Source: Octopus vulgaris
Taxonomy: Eukaryota
Assembly (NCBI GenBank): GCA_951406725.2
Contig: OX597818.1
Span: 59,520,001 to 59,584,000 of the forward strand
Reading direction: 5' to 3'
DNA: 64,000 nucleotides
A program made the translations under genes and the position numbers. Below, one piece after another: positions 39,679 through 52,522 of this stretch; the first letter of the stretch is position 1; every line of letters starts with the position of its first letter. The notes under the pieces were generated by a model. The model did no database searches. It was not told where the DNA came from and saw only the letters and a program-made list of their open reading frames with translations.

Positions 39679-39931
39679 ACAGTATCATCAGAACTTAGTA
39701 CGGACTGATTAGGGAAAGATTTGACCATAATCCTTACTTGTTGCGTGTTCGTTAAGGAGATTTGAACTGGAATAAAATATTCACCTGATATTTGATCGTT
39801 TCAACAACATCAATCCCAGACATGTTTCTCTGTTACTAGATTTCTTTACCGAATCTCTGTTTAAAGGGAACAACCAAATTATGTGAGTGGAAACTATACA
39901 CTGATCAAACTAATTATAATAATGAAATAAG

Positions 39932-40163
39932 AAGGCGGCGAGTTGGCAGAAACGTTAGCACGCCGGGCGAAATGTGTAGCCGTATTTCGTCTGCCGTTAC
40001 GTTCTGAGTTCAAATTCCGCCGAGGTCGTCTTTACCTTTCATCCTTTCGGGGTCGAGAAATTAAGTACCAGTTTCCCACTGGCGTCGATGTAATCGACTT
40101 AATCCCTTTGGCCGTCCTTGTTTGTCCGCTCTATGTTTAGCCTCTTGTGGGCAGTAGAGAAAT
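39932..40163 (+). mobile_element. SINE A monomer
   Basis: TSD-like TATAAYAATGAAAT. Confidence 0.85.
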
Positions 40164-40725
40164 ATATAACAATGAAATCACAAAACTTTAGGTATTCAGC
40201 ACATTTTTTCGACCTGTTTTTCTCTTTCTTTTCTTTATCACCAAACGGTCATTCCAGTATAAGTCATATCAAGACTTCGTTGACATCGTCTCAGACAAAA
40301 TTTTGGTGTTTCCTCTTTACTTTAAACTTTACTTTTTATTTAATGCAGTCTATAAATAATTTTTCATCGTAAGGCGACGAAATTGCAGAGTCGTTAGCCC
40401 GCCGGTAAACCACCTAGCAGCATTTCATCCGTCTTTCCGTCCTGAGTTCAAATTCCGCAAAGTGTTATTTTATCTTTCACCTTTTCGAGGTCCCTAAAGC
40501 AAGCACCAGTTTCGCATCGCAGAACACAGTAGTCGAAATGCCACACTCCCCAAATTGTTGGTCTTGTTCGAAAATTAGAAACCAATATTCTTTCGTCTTC
40601 ACAACATACACTACAGGTTCTGAATCATATACGTTAATTCCCTTGACTGTAAAAAAAAACATTTTTGCCTTCCCCAAGAGTATTAGTTTCTCTTTATTCA
40701 TTACTAAATACCCCACATTTACACA

Positions 40726-40726
<1 letters not shown>

Positions 40727-40775
<49 letters not shown>

Positions 40776-40842
40776 ATGTATACATGTATATATATATATA
40801 TATCTATCTATATATATATATATATGTATGTATATATGTGTG

Positions 40843-40873
<31 letters not shown>

Positions 40874-40874
40874 G

Positions 40875-40913
<39 letters not shown>

Positions 40914-41042
40914 ATAAATGCGTATATATATATGTGTGTGTGTATATATATATATATGTGTGTATATATATGTATATATATATATATATATATGTGTGTG
41001 TATATATATATATATGTGTGTGTATATATACATATATGTGTG

Positions 41043-41073
<31 letters not shown>

Positions 41074-41160
41074 GTGTGTATATATATATATATATGTGTG
41101 TGTATATATATATATATGTGTGTGTGTATATATATATATATGTGTGTGTGTATATATATA

Positions 41161-41208
<48 letters not shown>

Positions 41209-41222
41209 ATGTATATATATAC
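40727..41222. repeat. ~500-bp compound (TA)n/(TG)n microsatellite
   Basis: Direct inspection. It is the source of the 238-251 aa pseudo-ORFs. Confidence 0.95.
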
Positions 41223-41879
41223 CTGATATCATATTTACATATTTGTGGAAAAGATCTCTATCTTTCTGTAATTATATTTCATGGATTTTTTAATAGTCCA
41301 TTGTGTTTACGTCCTTACGTTCTTATCGCGCCTTGCTTATTAACATATATATGTCTCGCTACTTCTACACTATTTCCATAGCTTAATGACCGAGATCTTT
41401 ATCCTCTTAGTATTTAGCCTAGTTTTAAGAACCAATCGGAAGTGCCAATAATATCACTTCTTAAAAATATTTTTTATTATGATGAATTTTCTTTTGTCTT
41501 CTCATCTTCTCATTTCTTTCAAATCTTTGGTCGCCTAATTATCTTCTCTCTCATTATCTCTCCTTCATTATCTAAGATGATATGAGAGATTTTTTTTTTT
41601 TTGAAATCTTTCGAAAATAAAATAAGTGTCACACCAAATTCCCAACGGAAGCCTTGTCCTGCTCTAATGGCTTTTCAAGATGAGTATCGTTTGATTACCG
41701 TCTCTTAAGACTTCTATCCGCGCACCTAGTCCAATATTAAAAGAAACAGTCAAATGCCGCAACTCCAAACAGAAAAGGTGTCGTACTAGAAGTCTTCCTC
41801 TTGAATATATTTCTCTCACAAATTCCTTTCATTCCTTTCCTTCCATTACAAATCTGTTTTCGTTTCGGTTTCCCTGTTT

Positions 41880-42110
41880 ATCTCTTACTCTTTACTCTTT
41901 ACTCTTTTACTTGTTTCAGTTATTTGACTGCGGCCATGCTGGAGCACCGCCTTTAATCGAGCAACTCGACCCCGGGACTTATTCTTTTGTAAGCCCTGTA
42001 CTTATTCTATCGGTCTCTTTTGCCGAACCGCTAAGTAACGGGGATATAAACACACTAGCATCGGTTGTCAAGCAATGCTAGGGGGACAAACACAGACACA
42101 CAAACACACC

Positions 42111-42160
<50 letters not shown>

Positions 42161-42323
42161 GTACGACGGGCGTCTTTCCGTTTCCGTCTACCAAATCCAC
42201 TCACAAGGCTTTGGTCAGCCCGAGGCTATAGCAGAAGACACTTGCCCAAAGTTCCACGCAGTGGGACTGAACCCGGAACCGTGTGGTTGGTAAACAAGCT
42301 ACTTACCACACAGTCACTCCTGT
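41880..42323 (-). mobile_element. SINE B, full length
   Basis: Family B consensus. Confidence 0.9.
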
Positions 42324-42444
42324 CATTTAATTATTTGATATACTTATTTTATTCAAGTTCAGATTTTCTTAAACAACACACAAATAAGGATTGCGGTCAA
42401 ACCTTTCCGTTATCAATCTGTGCTAAGTTCTGATAATAATTTCT

Positions 42445-42796
42445 TATAATAATAATAATGAAATTATTGTATAGAGTGCTCAGATGCCCCACAACTTGTC
42501 AAAAGTCCGTATAAAGCATATGCAGTAATGTACAAATGTCTGGGAAGTGAACAGTATATGAGTCAGATACATGTTTGCGTGTTTATGGAGGGGAGAAAAT
42601 CAAGTGTAGTGTTGGCGAATCTCAGGAAGCATGGAAGTTTTGAAGGATGCAGTGCTCCGACAACTAACAACTGATGCAGGCAGTTTGTTCCATGCTTCAG
42701 CAACTCTTAGCGTGAAAAAATGTTTCCAAAAAATCAGGGGAGCTGTGATGTTTTCTGACATTGTAAACATGTCCAAAGGTGTTAGACAGATGGAGT
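42445..42796 (-). mobile_element. CR1-like LINE 3' fragment with (ATT)n tail
   Basis: FWKHFFTLRVAEAWNKLPASVVSCRSTASFKTSML..* followed by a UTR ending AATAATTTCATTATTATT. Confidence 0.82.
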
Positions 42797-43189
42797 TTAT
42801 TCTATAAATTTCTTATAATGATTTCATAATCAGTAACTGATGTTTCCATTCATACGAATTCTGCAGCAATACTCTTTCTGTTCAATATTCATCTTTCGAT
42901 CCTTTAGACAAAATAACCTTTCTGTTACAGACACAAGGCCTGATATTTTGAAGGAGGAGTACAGTCGATTACATTGGCCCCAGTGATCAAGTGATAGTTA
43001 TTTCATTGATTCGGAGAGGATAAATGGCTAAGTCGACCTCGGGGAAATTTGAACTCAGAACGTAGCAAAGCATTTCGTCCAGCGTGCTAACGACTCTGCC
43101 AGCTCGCCAGCATGAAACTTCTGATGTCTCAATACAGTTTGAACATATTTCAGGTAATAATAATACCATTAAAGTTTCCTAGACGTTAT

Positions 43190-43460
43190 GCAGCAGCAGC
43201 AGCAACAGTAGCAGCAGTAATAGTAGTAGTAGTAGTAGTAGTAGTAGTTGGTAGAAGCCATACTAGTTCTAGTAGGAGCAGCAATAGTAGCAGTAGTAGT
43301 AGTTATACTAGTAGTAGTGGCATTAGTAGTTCTAGCAATAGTAGCAGCAACAGCAGCAACAGCAGCAGTAGTAGTAGTAGTATTAGCAGCAGCTATTCTA
43401 GTAGTAGTAGCAGTAGTGAATGTAGTACTATTAGCAATAGCAGCAGCAACAGCAGCAATA
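43190..43460. repeat. Mixed (TAG)/(CAG)/(CAA) trinucleotide tract
   Basis: Direct inspection. Confidence 0.9.
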
Positions 43461-44069
43461 ATTTCTTGGAAGAAGTTTCGGCGAATTTTCAAAGCATCGA
43501 GCAAAATGCTATGTTCCATATGTTCTAACCCTTTAAGTCGAGGTTTCAACCCGTCAAACTTTGCCGAAGGGGAGTTGACCTGATTACAAACTGAATATTA
43601 TACACTTAATGTTATTCATTGTGTTTCTAATACAATAGCATCACAGCACGCTGCTTTTGCATCACATTGGAGCAAGGTGACATACGATGTCGACAATTAC
43701 GGAGTATTTCTGTTTTTTTTTTATAAAAATGTCATGGGGGAAAATGTTCTGTTCAATATAATCTAGTTGATTGATTGTCTATGCACAAAACGTCAACAAC
43801 ATTTTCAAGTAACAATTCTGGAAGGCCGTTGGAGATTCATATGAAGAATTGTTCTTGAATCATTTCACGGCTGCTCACGTGCATATTCAAGTTTATCATT
43901 CTCAAAGCTAAGAAGCAACATCGTTTTACAATATGGTGTGTTAGTCTTTTAAAAATGCACGCTACCCAAATGCTATTTTTGGTTTCATAGGATTTAAGAA
44001 TATTATGACATAATGTAATGCTGGCTGCCTAATTCACGCCGAATTATTGGATCAAGTCCAATTATGTAT

Positions 44070-44363
44070 TAGTGGTTAGGGCAGCGGACTCGCTGTCGTA
44101 GGATTGCGGTTTCGATTCCCAGACCGGGCGTTGTGAGTGTTTATTGAGTAAAAACACCTAAAGCTCCACGAGGTTCCGGCAGAGGGTGTTGGCGATCCCT
44201 GCTGTAAACTTTCGCCACAACTTTCTCTCACTCTTTCTTCTGTTGACCTACTCACTTAGCCAGCGGGGTGGCGTCATTTGAAGGCTAAAACAATGCGAAG
44301 CGCATTGTGACCAGCGATGTGTAACAACATCTGATGGCCTGGTCGGTCACGGTGATCACGGTG

Positions 44364-44366
<3 letters not shown>
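44070..44366 (+). mobile_element. SINE C plus tail 2
   Basis: Family consensus. The tail runs into (TA)n. Confidence 0.87.
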
Positions 44367-44426
<60 letters not shown>

Positions 44427-44427
<1 letters not shown>

Positions 44428-44833
44428 TTCAACAATTGAGGGTAAAATTAATTAGTTATTAATCAATTTCACCAAGCATTCAGTATGTAAAGGGACCATT
44501 TAAGGCGAATTCAAAATATTACATTGTATAAAAGGGCTTAGTAAAATAAACTTCTTTGCCACATACTGAACTCATTAGAAATAGCAGCCAAAAAAATATT
44601 TTTTTAGCCATTTCTAATACTTAAAGAAAATTTCTCTCAGAGAGTGTTTACTCAAAATAACCCACGAATGTTTTTACCCCCATACCTTCGTGGGTTATTT
44701 TGAGTAAACACTATCTGAGAGAAATTTTCTTTAAGTATTAGAAATGGCTAAAAAAAATCTTTTTTTGGCTGCTATTTCTAATGAGTTCAGTATGTGGCAA
44801 AGTAGTTTATTTTACTAAGCCCTTTTATACAAT
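44427..44833 (-). mobile_element. Asymmetric hairpin element (146-bp arms 44523-44668 / 44687-44833, extension 44427-44522)
   Basis: Arms differ at about 3 positions, 18-nt loop, (TA)n on both sides. Confidence 0.92.
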
Positions 44834-44860
44834 ATATATATATATATATAAATCATATAT

Positions 44861-45238
44861 AGGATAAAATTTTTCGAAAAAATTCTATCAATGGTCAGCA
44901 TATTAAAAAATACCTTTAAAGGTTAATTTTATAAGCAATTTATAAACAAGGGCAAAAGAAAAGAATTCTAATGCCAAATATGACGAAAAGAGACAAATCG
45001 TCAATAACCATATAATTTATCACTATAAGCACGCGTCTCGAATCAAGCCGACAGAAATTTCTAATTCCGATAATAACGGAATTTTTAGAAATTTCTGTCA
45101 GCTTACTTCGAGACGCGTGCTTATAGTGACAAATTATAAGGTTATTGACGATTTGTCTATTTTCAGCATATTTGTCATTAGAATTTTTCTTTTGCCCTTG
45201 TTTATTCGCTGTATTTTGTTTTGTTTTTCGTAAACTCT

Positions 45239-45241
<3 letters not shown>
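44861..45241 (-). mobile_element. Asymmetric hairpin element (arms 44942-45064 / 45085-45205, extension 44861-44941)
   Basis: Arms about 90% complementary, TA-flanked, with an extra 36 nt at the right end. Confidence 0.9.
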
Positions 45242-45304
<63 letters not shown>

Positions 45305-45741
45305 CAAAAATACAATTTCTTTACAAGCACGTTTAAATAAAGAAAATTTATTCATCGAATAATACAGAACACGTATAAATATGCACGTATAACCGACTTT
45401 GATCTCTCTCTATATTTTAATTCACGATTAGTTTTTGAATTGTCGTGTATATATATATTCCTGCCCACTATCGAAAGATGAACAATTATTTCCCCTATTC
45501 GCAATAATAATGATAACCAATTTCCACCGCCCACCATTACATTTTTCTACTTGTTGGATCATTCATTCATAAAATCCACGCACAACTTGAACTAAAAAAA
45601 AAAATTTTAAGAAAATACGTAATGATTAGCGAAATATAATGATTAGCGAGAGCGAAGCCCGTCGGCAAACACAATATAAGATATAGTAAAAAGAATATTA
45701 AAATGATGTAAAGTATGTGCATTTTCCTTATTTAATTTCTG

Positions 45742-45773
<32 letters not shown>

Positions 45774-46049
45774 AAAGGAAGTTAATTTCGTGAAAATATA
45801 TGCCACGCAAAGTTATGCGTTAATAACTAGCATAGCTGTTGATCTATGTACAAGAAAAGGGTGTTTTTGTACTACTTAAGCTTCAGAAGCCTGGTCCAAT
45901 TCGTTGATGGAATTTTAGGTGCAGTGAGCTAGTAAAATGAGTTTTGATATTTGGTTTCTACCAAAATATACATGTTTTATTCTAGGTTAGCCACTTTTCA
46001 CATACATAATTTTATTTTTTATCTAAGCCTAAATATTTACAAGAATGTT

Positions 46050-46548
46050 GAAATATCCAGCTCCATTGTTATCTCGCCATCCGCTGCTGTCTCCTTCCAA
46101 TCAGGACTCACGCCATTAGCCACAAAGAATAATCTGTAATTTGAGTCTACCCTAAGCTACTAAGAATGCGTGTGGCAACTTGAAGATCCACCCACCACAC
46201 GGGGTAGACTGGCGGTTATCCTCATTCTGTAAACGTTGGCTTTTAACTGGTGGAGAGCTGAACCATCCTGGGGTACATAGGATTCGCAATCTAGACTAGG
46301 GTCTGAAAGTTTACCACACCATAGTGAGTTACACCATGGTTCCTCTGCTTTTTGGCAGAACTAGGAAGAAAGAGTGCGAGAAAGTTGTGGTGCAAAGGGT
46401 ACAGGGGGGTTCACCACCATCCCTTGCCGGAGCCTCGTGGACCTTAGGTGTTTTTGCTCGATAAACACTAACAATGTCCGGTCTGGGATTCGAAACCGCG
46501 TTCTTACGACCGCGAATCTGCCGCCCTAACCACTGGGCCTTCATCCCG
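46050..46548 (-). mobile_element. SINE C head followed by an unassigned tail (type 4)
   Basis: Head and body at 46360-46548 match family C. The sequence beyond differs from tails 1-3, and its left boundary is uncertain. Confidence 0.6.
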
Positions 46549-46599
46549 CTTCTGTTGTCGTTGTCGCTGTTATATATAACACGGACCAAGGATATTTAT

Positions 46600-48560
46600 A
46601 ACTCTACTGGTTTCTTTTCCCGAACATGAAGTTGCTACTTTCGTCTTCAGATATTCAGTCCGCTACTGTAAATTCGTGCTCTAGCGAGGAAATATTCTTC
46701 CTGCGATATCACGTTACTTATTATGATGATTATATAAAAAAAAACCTATTTGGTGATATTTTCGAATGCTACACCTCTCAGCAGAATGAAACCATTTTAA
46801 ATTCCACTTAAAGCCCTGATATTTATTTAGTCACAGTTTCTTAATTCTTCCCCTTGCAATCAAATAGACTGGTTACATATTTCGTCATAGAAATTCTGAT
46901 ATATTTTTCAATTATAGAGATAAATATTCCAATTCCTAGTATGCCAAGCTTTTCATATCCGATAAAACTTTTACCTGATCATTTTCAACATTTAATTGTT
47001 GGTCAACGTTCGTAGCGCTTTCTTTTCTTGAACGCGCAAAATTATCTGCGTAGGACTAATGCAATATTCTCGTCTATCTCGCCTCTCTGCATTGCTTCAC
47101 TGTCAGCATATTACACTATGAGACTATGTCGGTTGCAGTCTTTTCTCTTTTGTAAAATAATCGACATATAGGCACAAGAGTGGCTGTGTGGTAAGAAGCT
47201 TGTTTACCAACCACATAGTTCCGAGTTCAGTCCCACTGCGTGGCACCTTGGGCAAGTGTCTTCTACTATAGCCTCGGGCCGACTAAGGCCTTGTGAGTGG
47301 ATTTGGTAGACGGAAACTGAAAGAAACCCGTCGTATATATATATATATATATGTGTGTGTGTCTGTGTGTGTGTGTGTGTGTGTATGTTTTTGTGTCTGT
47401 GTTTGTCCTACCAACATCGCTTGACAACCGATGCTGGTGTGTTTACGTCCCCGTAACTTAGCGGTTCGGCAAAAGAGACCGATAGAATAAGTACTAGGCT
47501 TACAAAGAATAAGTCCCGGGGTCGATTTGCTCGACTAAAGGCGGTGCTCCAGCATGGTCGCAGTCAAATGACTGAAACAAGTAAAATAGTAAAAAATAGT
47601 AACGCTACGCTACTCTATATCTGTTTGTGATCTGATTGTTCGTGTTCATGTTATATGTTCGTGGACATCTGTGTCATATTTCAGATCATGTTTATTCAAC
47701 CAGTCCTAAGGCCCAGTAATTTTGCATGAAAAAAAACATTTCAATCATTTTTCATGTTAATTTTTCTTGCGAGCTTTCAATGCTATCTTAGCTAATTTTT
47801 TCAGGAATGTCTTCTTTTTTCACAGCTCTCAACACGTTTTATTTTATAAATATATATTTTCTTTACTTTTTAACACATCTTTGTACAGACAGTGTTTCTG
47901 CATTGTAACATTATCTTCTACGCTCATGAAATCTTCTCCAACATAATTGCATTTCCTATACAGTCTAATAAATATCGTTTTTTATTTTTTTTTATCATAC
48001 AACAACTTTTCGAATTTCTGTTCAATATCCTGCAGTCTCTGGGTATACCAAATGAAGACACCTACATTGTATCGAAAGATTGAAACAGCATCCAAGTTGA
48101 AATCTCTCCTAACATTTATACTTTTCTGGTAAGATATTAATATTTCCTTGGCTCTTCTAAATTCTATTCATTATTACCTGGCTTCTCTTTTCTTTTATAC
48201 TATCGGCTTCCCGCATTCAAATTACTTCTATCCAATTTTTTTCCCAATTTCTTTGATATTTTTTTACAGTGGAGGACTTAATTACTCTTCTGTCAAACAA
48301 TTTGTCCCTCTTTATTTCAAATTTGCCCCGTTTATTAATGGTGTAAGCTTTCTTATCCTAGCTAAAAACTCATATCAACTTGCTTTACACACTTTTCCGA
48401 TCCTCCATAAATGATACATGTTCCATGCGTTGTTCATATTCTCTTAATACACATCCTGTTCCTTACGTTAAGAGCCGCTGGATTTAGACAATATTAAAAG
48501 CAACAGACTTCTCCCACGAACTTATTCTCTCTAATTTTACTTTCCCACTAAATAACGTCC
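46600..48560 (-). mobile_element. Old, decayed R4/Dong-like RLE LINE interrupted by SINE B
   Basis: Minus-strand relics FRYNVGVFIWYTQRLQDIEQKFEKLL, RLYRKCNYVGEDFMSVED and WLNKHDLKYDT resemble LRYxxGIIxW..IDRKTRKLL, RLYxxRxxGGRGLxSxED and WLxxGDLKxET. Confidence 0.5.
47170..47602 (+). mobile_element. SINE B, full length
   Basis: Family B consensus. Confidence 0.92.
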
Positions 48561-48635
48561 CGTTGAATTTTTTTCCCAGTATTTGATAATCCAAGTACCC
48601 GTAGCCATATTTTGCTTTTGATTACACTCACGTCG

Positions 48636-49140
48636 GTGGAGGCGCAATGGCCCAGTGGTTAGGGCAGCGGACTCGCGGGCGTAGGATCGCGGCTTCGATT
48701 CCCAAACCGGGCATTGTGAGTGTTTATTGAGCGAAAACACCTAAACTCCACGAGGCTCCGGCAGGGAGGGACCCTGCTGTACTCTTTCACCATAACTTTC
48801 TCTCACTCTTTTTTGTTCCTGTTTCTGTTGCACCTGTATTTCAAAGAGCCAGCCTTGTCACACTCTATGTCACGCTGAACCTCCTCGAAAACTACGTTAC
48901 GGGTACACGTGTCTGTGGAGTGCTCAGCCACTTGCACGTTACTAAATGAGCTGCAACGTCACTGGTGCCAAGCTGTATCGGCCTTTGCCTTTCCCATGGC
49001 TAACATCGGTGGCGAGGAGAGGGGAGGCTGGTATGCGTGGGCGACTACTGGCTTTCCATAAAGAACCTTGCCCGGACTTGTGCCTCGGAGGGTAACTTTC
49101 AAGTTGCAATCTCATGGTCATTCATGACCGAAGGGGTTCA
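48636..49140 (+). mobile_element. SINE C plus partial tail 1, switching to tail type 5
   Basis: Tail 1 stops at CTTGCACGTT (48940), then AAATGAGCTGCAACGTCACTGGTGCCAAGCTG..CATGACCGAAGGGG. Confidence 0.8.
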
Positions 49141-50573
49141 CAACTCTCAAGTCGGTTCCAGTAAATTATTACTGTCAGTCTCGGCCATTGATGATCATCT
49201 CTTTTTAAGTCCTCAGAATATTATTTATTCTATAAAGAACTGAACTACTAGTTTCTGTTCATTTGGCAGCAGTTGTTATTCCAATGCTCATCAATTAATC
49301 TGGACATTATACCGGTAAGCATTTCCCATATTACAGGTGATAGTTCTCTACTTGTCTTTTTCATAAGATTTACACCTGCATTGTATTAATGGTATTTTCT
49401 CTGCATTTAGTTACACACATAGAAACACAATAAGAATTGAGACTTTCGTTTAACATTTCCGCTATTCTCTACTTTAGCGGTGTTAGACTCTTTAAAATTT
49501 AAGATGTTCTCTGTAGGCCTAGACATATTCATCACAAAAATATGTGCATGATATGGTTTTCTCATATCAAGATAAACAGCGCGTGACCTTGCAGGTGGCG
49601 CCCAGTTAGGAATATCAAAAGGGTCGAGTAGCCCATCCGCTTCAAAGGTTCCTGAATCCCATTATCTTAAAGAACACACAACAAGTAAGGATTACGGTCA
49701 AACCTCTCCAGGTCATGTGATGTAGAAAGAAGGGGAAGAAAGACAGAGAGAAAAATGGAAAAGTAAGAAAAATATATAAATGTATACAACGAAAATTAAG
49801 GGCAAAAACGGAAAAAAAATTCACAGTAAAAATGCTCTTCTCGATGCGTGTTGAGTACCAGTTCAGACAATATTTTGCACTTCAGGCATGGATTGTAATC
49901 CAGGGATCATTCTAAGATAACTTTCAGTTCTTTTTATGATCATTCCAAGATCTCCTACAAGCACTGGTATTGTAACCGTCTGGAGACGCCATCTTTCCTC
50001 CTACTACTGTGTGGTATTACTGAATATTGTTAGTTTCTATTTCCCGTTTTGTACTTGAGATAATCATAAATATGTGATGGCTGGAGAAGATAGTAGGAGG
50101 AAGAGAAGCAGCTTGGTGAATAGACCAAATTCCAAGGGTCAGTAAATACGTTCGGCAAATGGTGAGAGGGCGGTCAACAATGGAGTTTCGCATTCCTGTT
50201 CGATCAGGAGACGAAAGAGGCGTTCTACCTTGCAGTCAGCAGAAGTCAAATGTGGTTACCACAATTAGCAATCAATAATAGCGCTGATCATGGCCTTGGA
50301 TTTTAATTACTGATAGAAAAAAAATAATAATATAAAGAAATAATAATAACTTTTTTCAGGATTAAATAAAAAGATAATAAACGGAAAATTCGACATACCT
50401 ATATACACATATATATATCTTTTGTGGGAGATGTTTAAATTTCCCTTCTCTTTTTATAAGTTTTGCTGTGGTTTATAGTTTTGGCAGTTGTGCTCTTTGT
50501 ATATATTGGCAGGTGCTTATCTCGTTAATTTTTATCAGGCGTTTAATCTGTGGCAATAAAAGGTATGTTTTTG

Positions 50574-50860
50574 GGAGGCACATTCACCCAGTGGTTAGGG
50601 CAGCGGACTCGCGGCTGGAGATTGCAGTTTCGATTCCCAGACCAGGCGTTGTGTGTGTTTTTTGAGCGAAAACACCTAAAGCTGCACGAGGCCCCGACAG
50701 CGGGTGGGGGCACCCCTGTTGTAATCTTTCGCCCCAACTTTCTCTCACTCTCTTTTCCTGTTCCTTGAGTAACACTGCGATGGACTGGCGTCCGTCCAGG
50801 TGGGGGCAATACATACGCCACAGAAACCGTGAAACCGGGTTAGGCTTCAAAAGGGCGCAT
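50574..50860 (+). mobile_element. SINE C head plus tail type 3 (CTGCGATGGACTGGCGTCCGTCCAGG..ACAGAAACCG)
   Basis: Head matches family C. A related tail relic lies at 25600-25670. Confidence 0.8.
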
Positions 50861-52009
50861 AAATAAATAATAAGAAAGGTATTTTTACATATTCGAGTAT
50901 CCAGGGAGAAAAGAAGAGTAAAATTTGCACAGAAAGTTGCTGATATTAAATTTTTTAAATTTTCTAAAGATGCTCCTTTGTATGTCCGGCCGGACAAAAG
51001 TGTAATGTTCTTGCAATAAAAATGATCTTTATGTTCTCGAATATCCAGGGAGAAAGGAAAGGAAATAAAAGAAGAATAAAATTTTCACAGAAAATTGTAT
51101 ATATAAAAGTTTTTTACATTTTCTATAATGATGAGCGTTTTGTATGACCGACCAGAGAAATCTGTAGTGTTCTCGCCTTATTATTATTATTAGTAGTAGT
51201 AGTAGTAGTGGTAGTAGTAGTAGTATCATCATCATCGCCATCATGACCATTATCTACTTCCTTCTCTTCTTTCTCTCCTTTTTTTCTTCCTCTTCCTCTT
51301 TTGGTTTCTTTCTTTCATTTCGTTATCTTCTGCAATTGCTTGCCGAGCCGTTACCTATGACATATTCTAAGAGACGACATGTCTCTACCAACACTTTCAA
51401 ACGCCTGCGATGCTGCCAACATATAACAAAAACGGTCTGCGTCAAAGCGAAGAAAAACACTCGTACGTATATGATAAATAGTATGTACGTGACATAAAAC
51501 TGAAATATTTGTTTGCTGTACGCGTGATATAAATGTTTATGAAGAAAAGTGCTGCATTGCGTTAGAAATAAAAAAAATATATATACAATCGTAAGCATAA
51601 AATGGAAATGAATATGGATGGAATGTGCAAAATTAATAAGAATATTTTGTATTTTATTATTCAGTTCTTTCAGTCATCGAAGTGCTGCCATCTTATGGCA
51701 TCGGTCTCAGAGTTTTATTGGGACAAATCATCTTCAGTACTTAGCTTTTAACTCTGGTACTGATTCTACGAGTCTTTCATGGAACCGCGAAGTTATAGCA
51801 TGATAAGGAAGAAAGCATCGGTTATGAAAGGTGATGAGGGACGAACACAAAAACATACACACACACACAAACACACACGCAAACACACACGCACAAACAC
51901 ACACACACATAAACGCACACACACACAAACATACATAAACACAAACACACACACACATACAAACACACACACACACGAAACGACACACGCACACATATAT
52001 ATATTCTGT

Positions 52010-52395
52010 TATTCTTTCATTTGTTTCAGTCATTTGACTGTGGCCGTGCGGCTATGCTGGAGCAACGCATTTGGCCGAGTAAATCCTCCGCAGGACTTAT
52101 TCTTTGTCAGCCTAGTACTTATTTATCAGTCACTTTTGTCGTACCAGCACTAGTTGTCAAGTGATGTTGGGGACACAAACACAGACACAGAAACAGACGG
52201 ATAGATACATACAAAGGCACACATATATGTATACGACGAGCTTCTTTCAGTTTCCGTTAACCTAATCCACTCACAAGGCTTTGGTCGGCCCGAGGCTATA
52301 GCAGAAGACACTTGCCCAAGGTGTCATGCTGTGGGATTAAACACGGAACCATGTGGTTGGTAAGGAAGCTATTTACCTCACAGGCACACCTGCAT
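52010..52395 (-). mobile_element. SINE B (diverged)
   Basis: Family B consensus with deletions. Confidence 0.82.
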
Positions 52396-52451
52396 ATGAG
52401 TTTTTATGTATGTACGTGAGTATGCATTTGTGTATATATATATATATACAA

Positions 52452-52514
<63 letters not shown>

Positions 52515-52522
<8 letters not shown>

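Noticed and set aside
40538-41381. Longest ORFs (251 and 238 aa)
   Set aside because: They are (TA)/(TG) microsatellite translations (YI/CV repeats) that lack stops by composition.
43112-43583. Ser-rich or Ala/Val-rich ORFs
   Set aside because: Trinucleotide tract open in several frames, with no splice or domain evidence.
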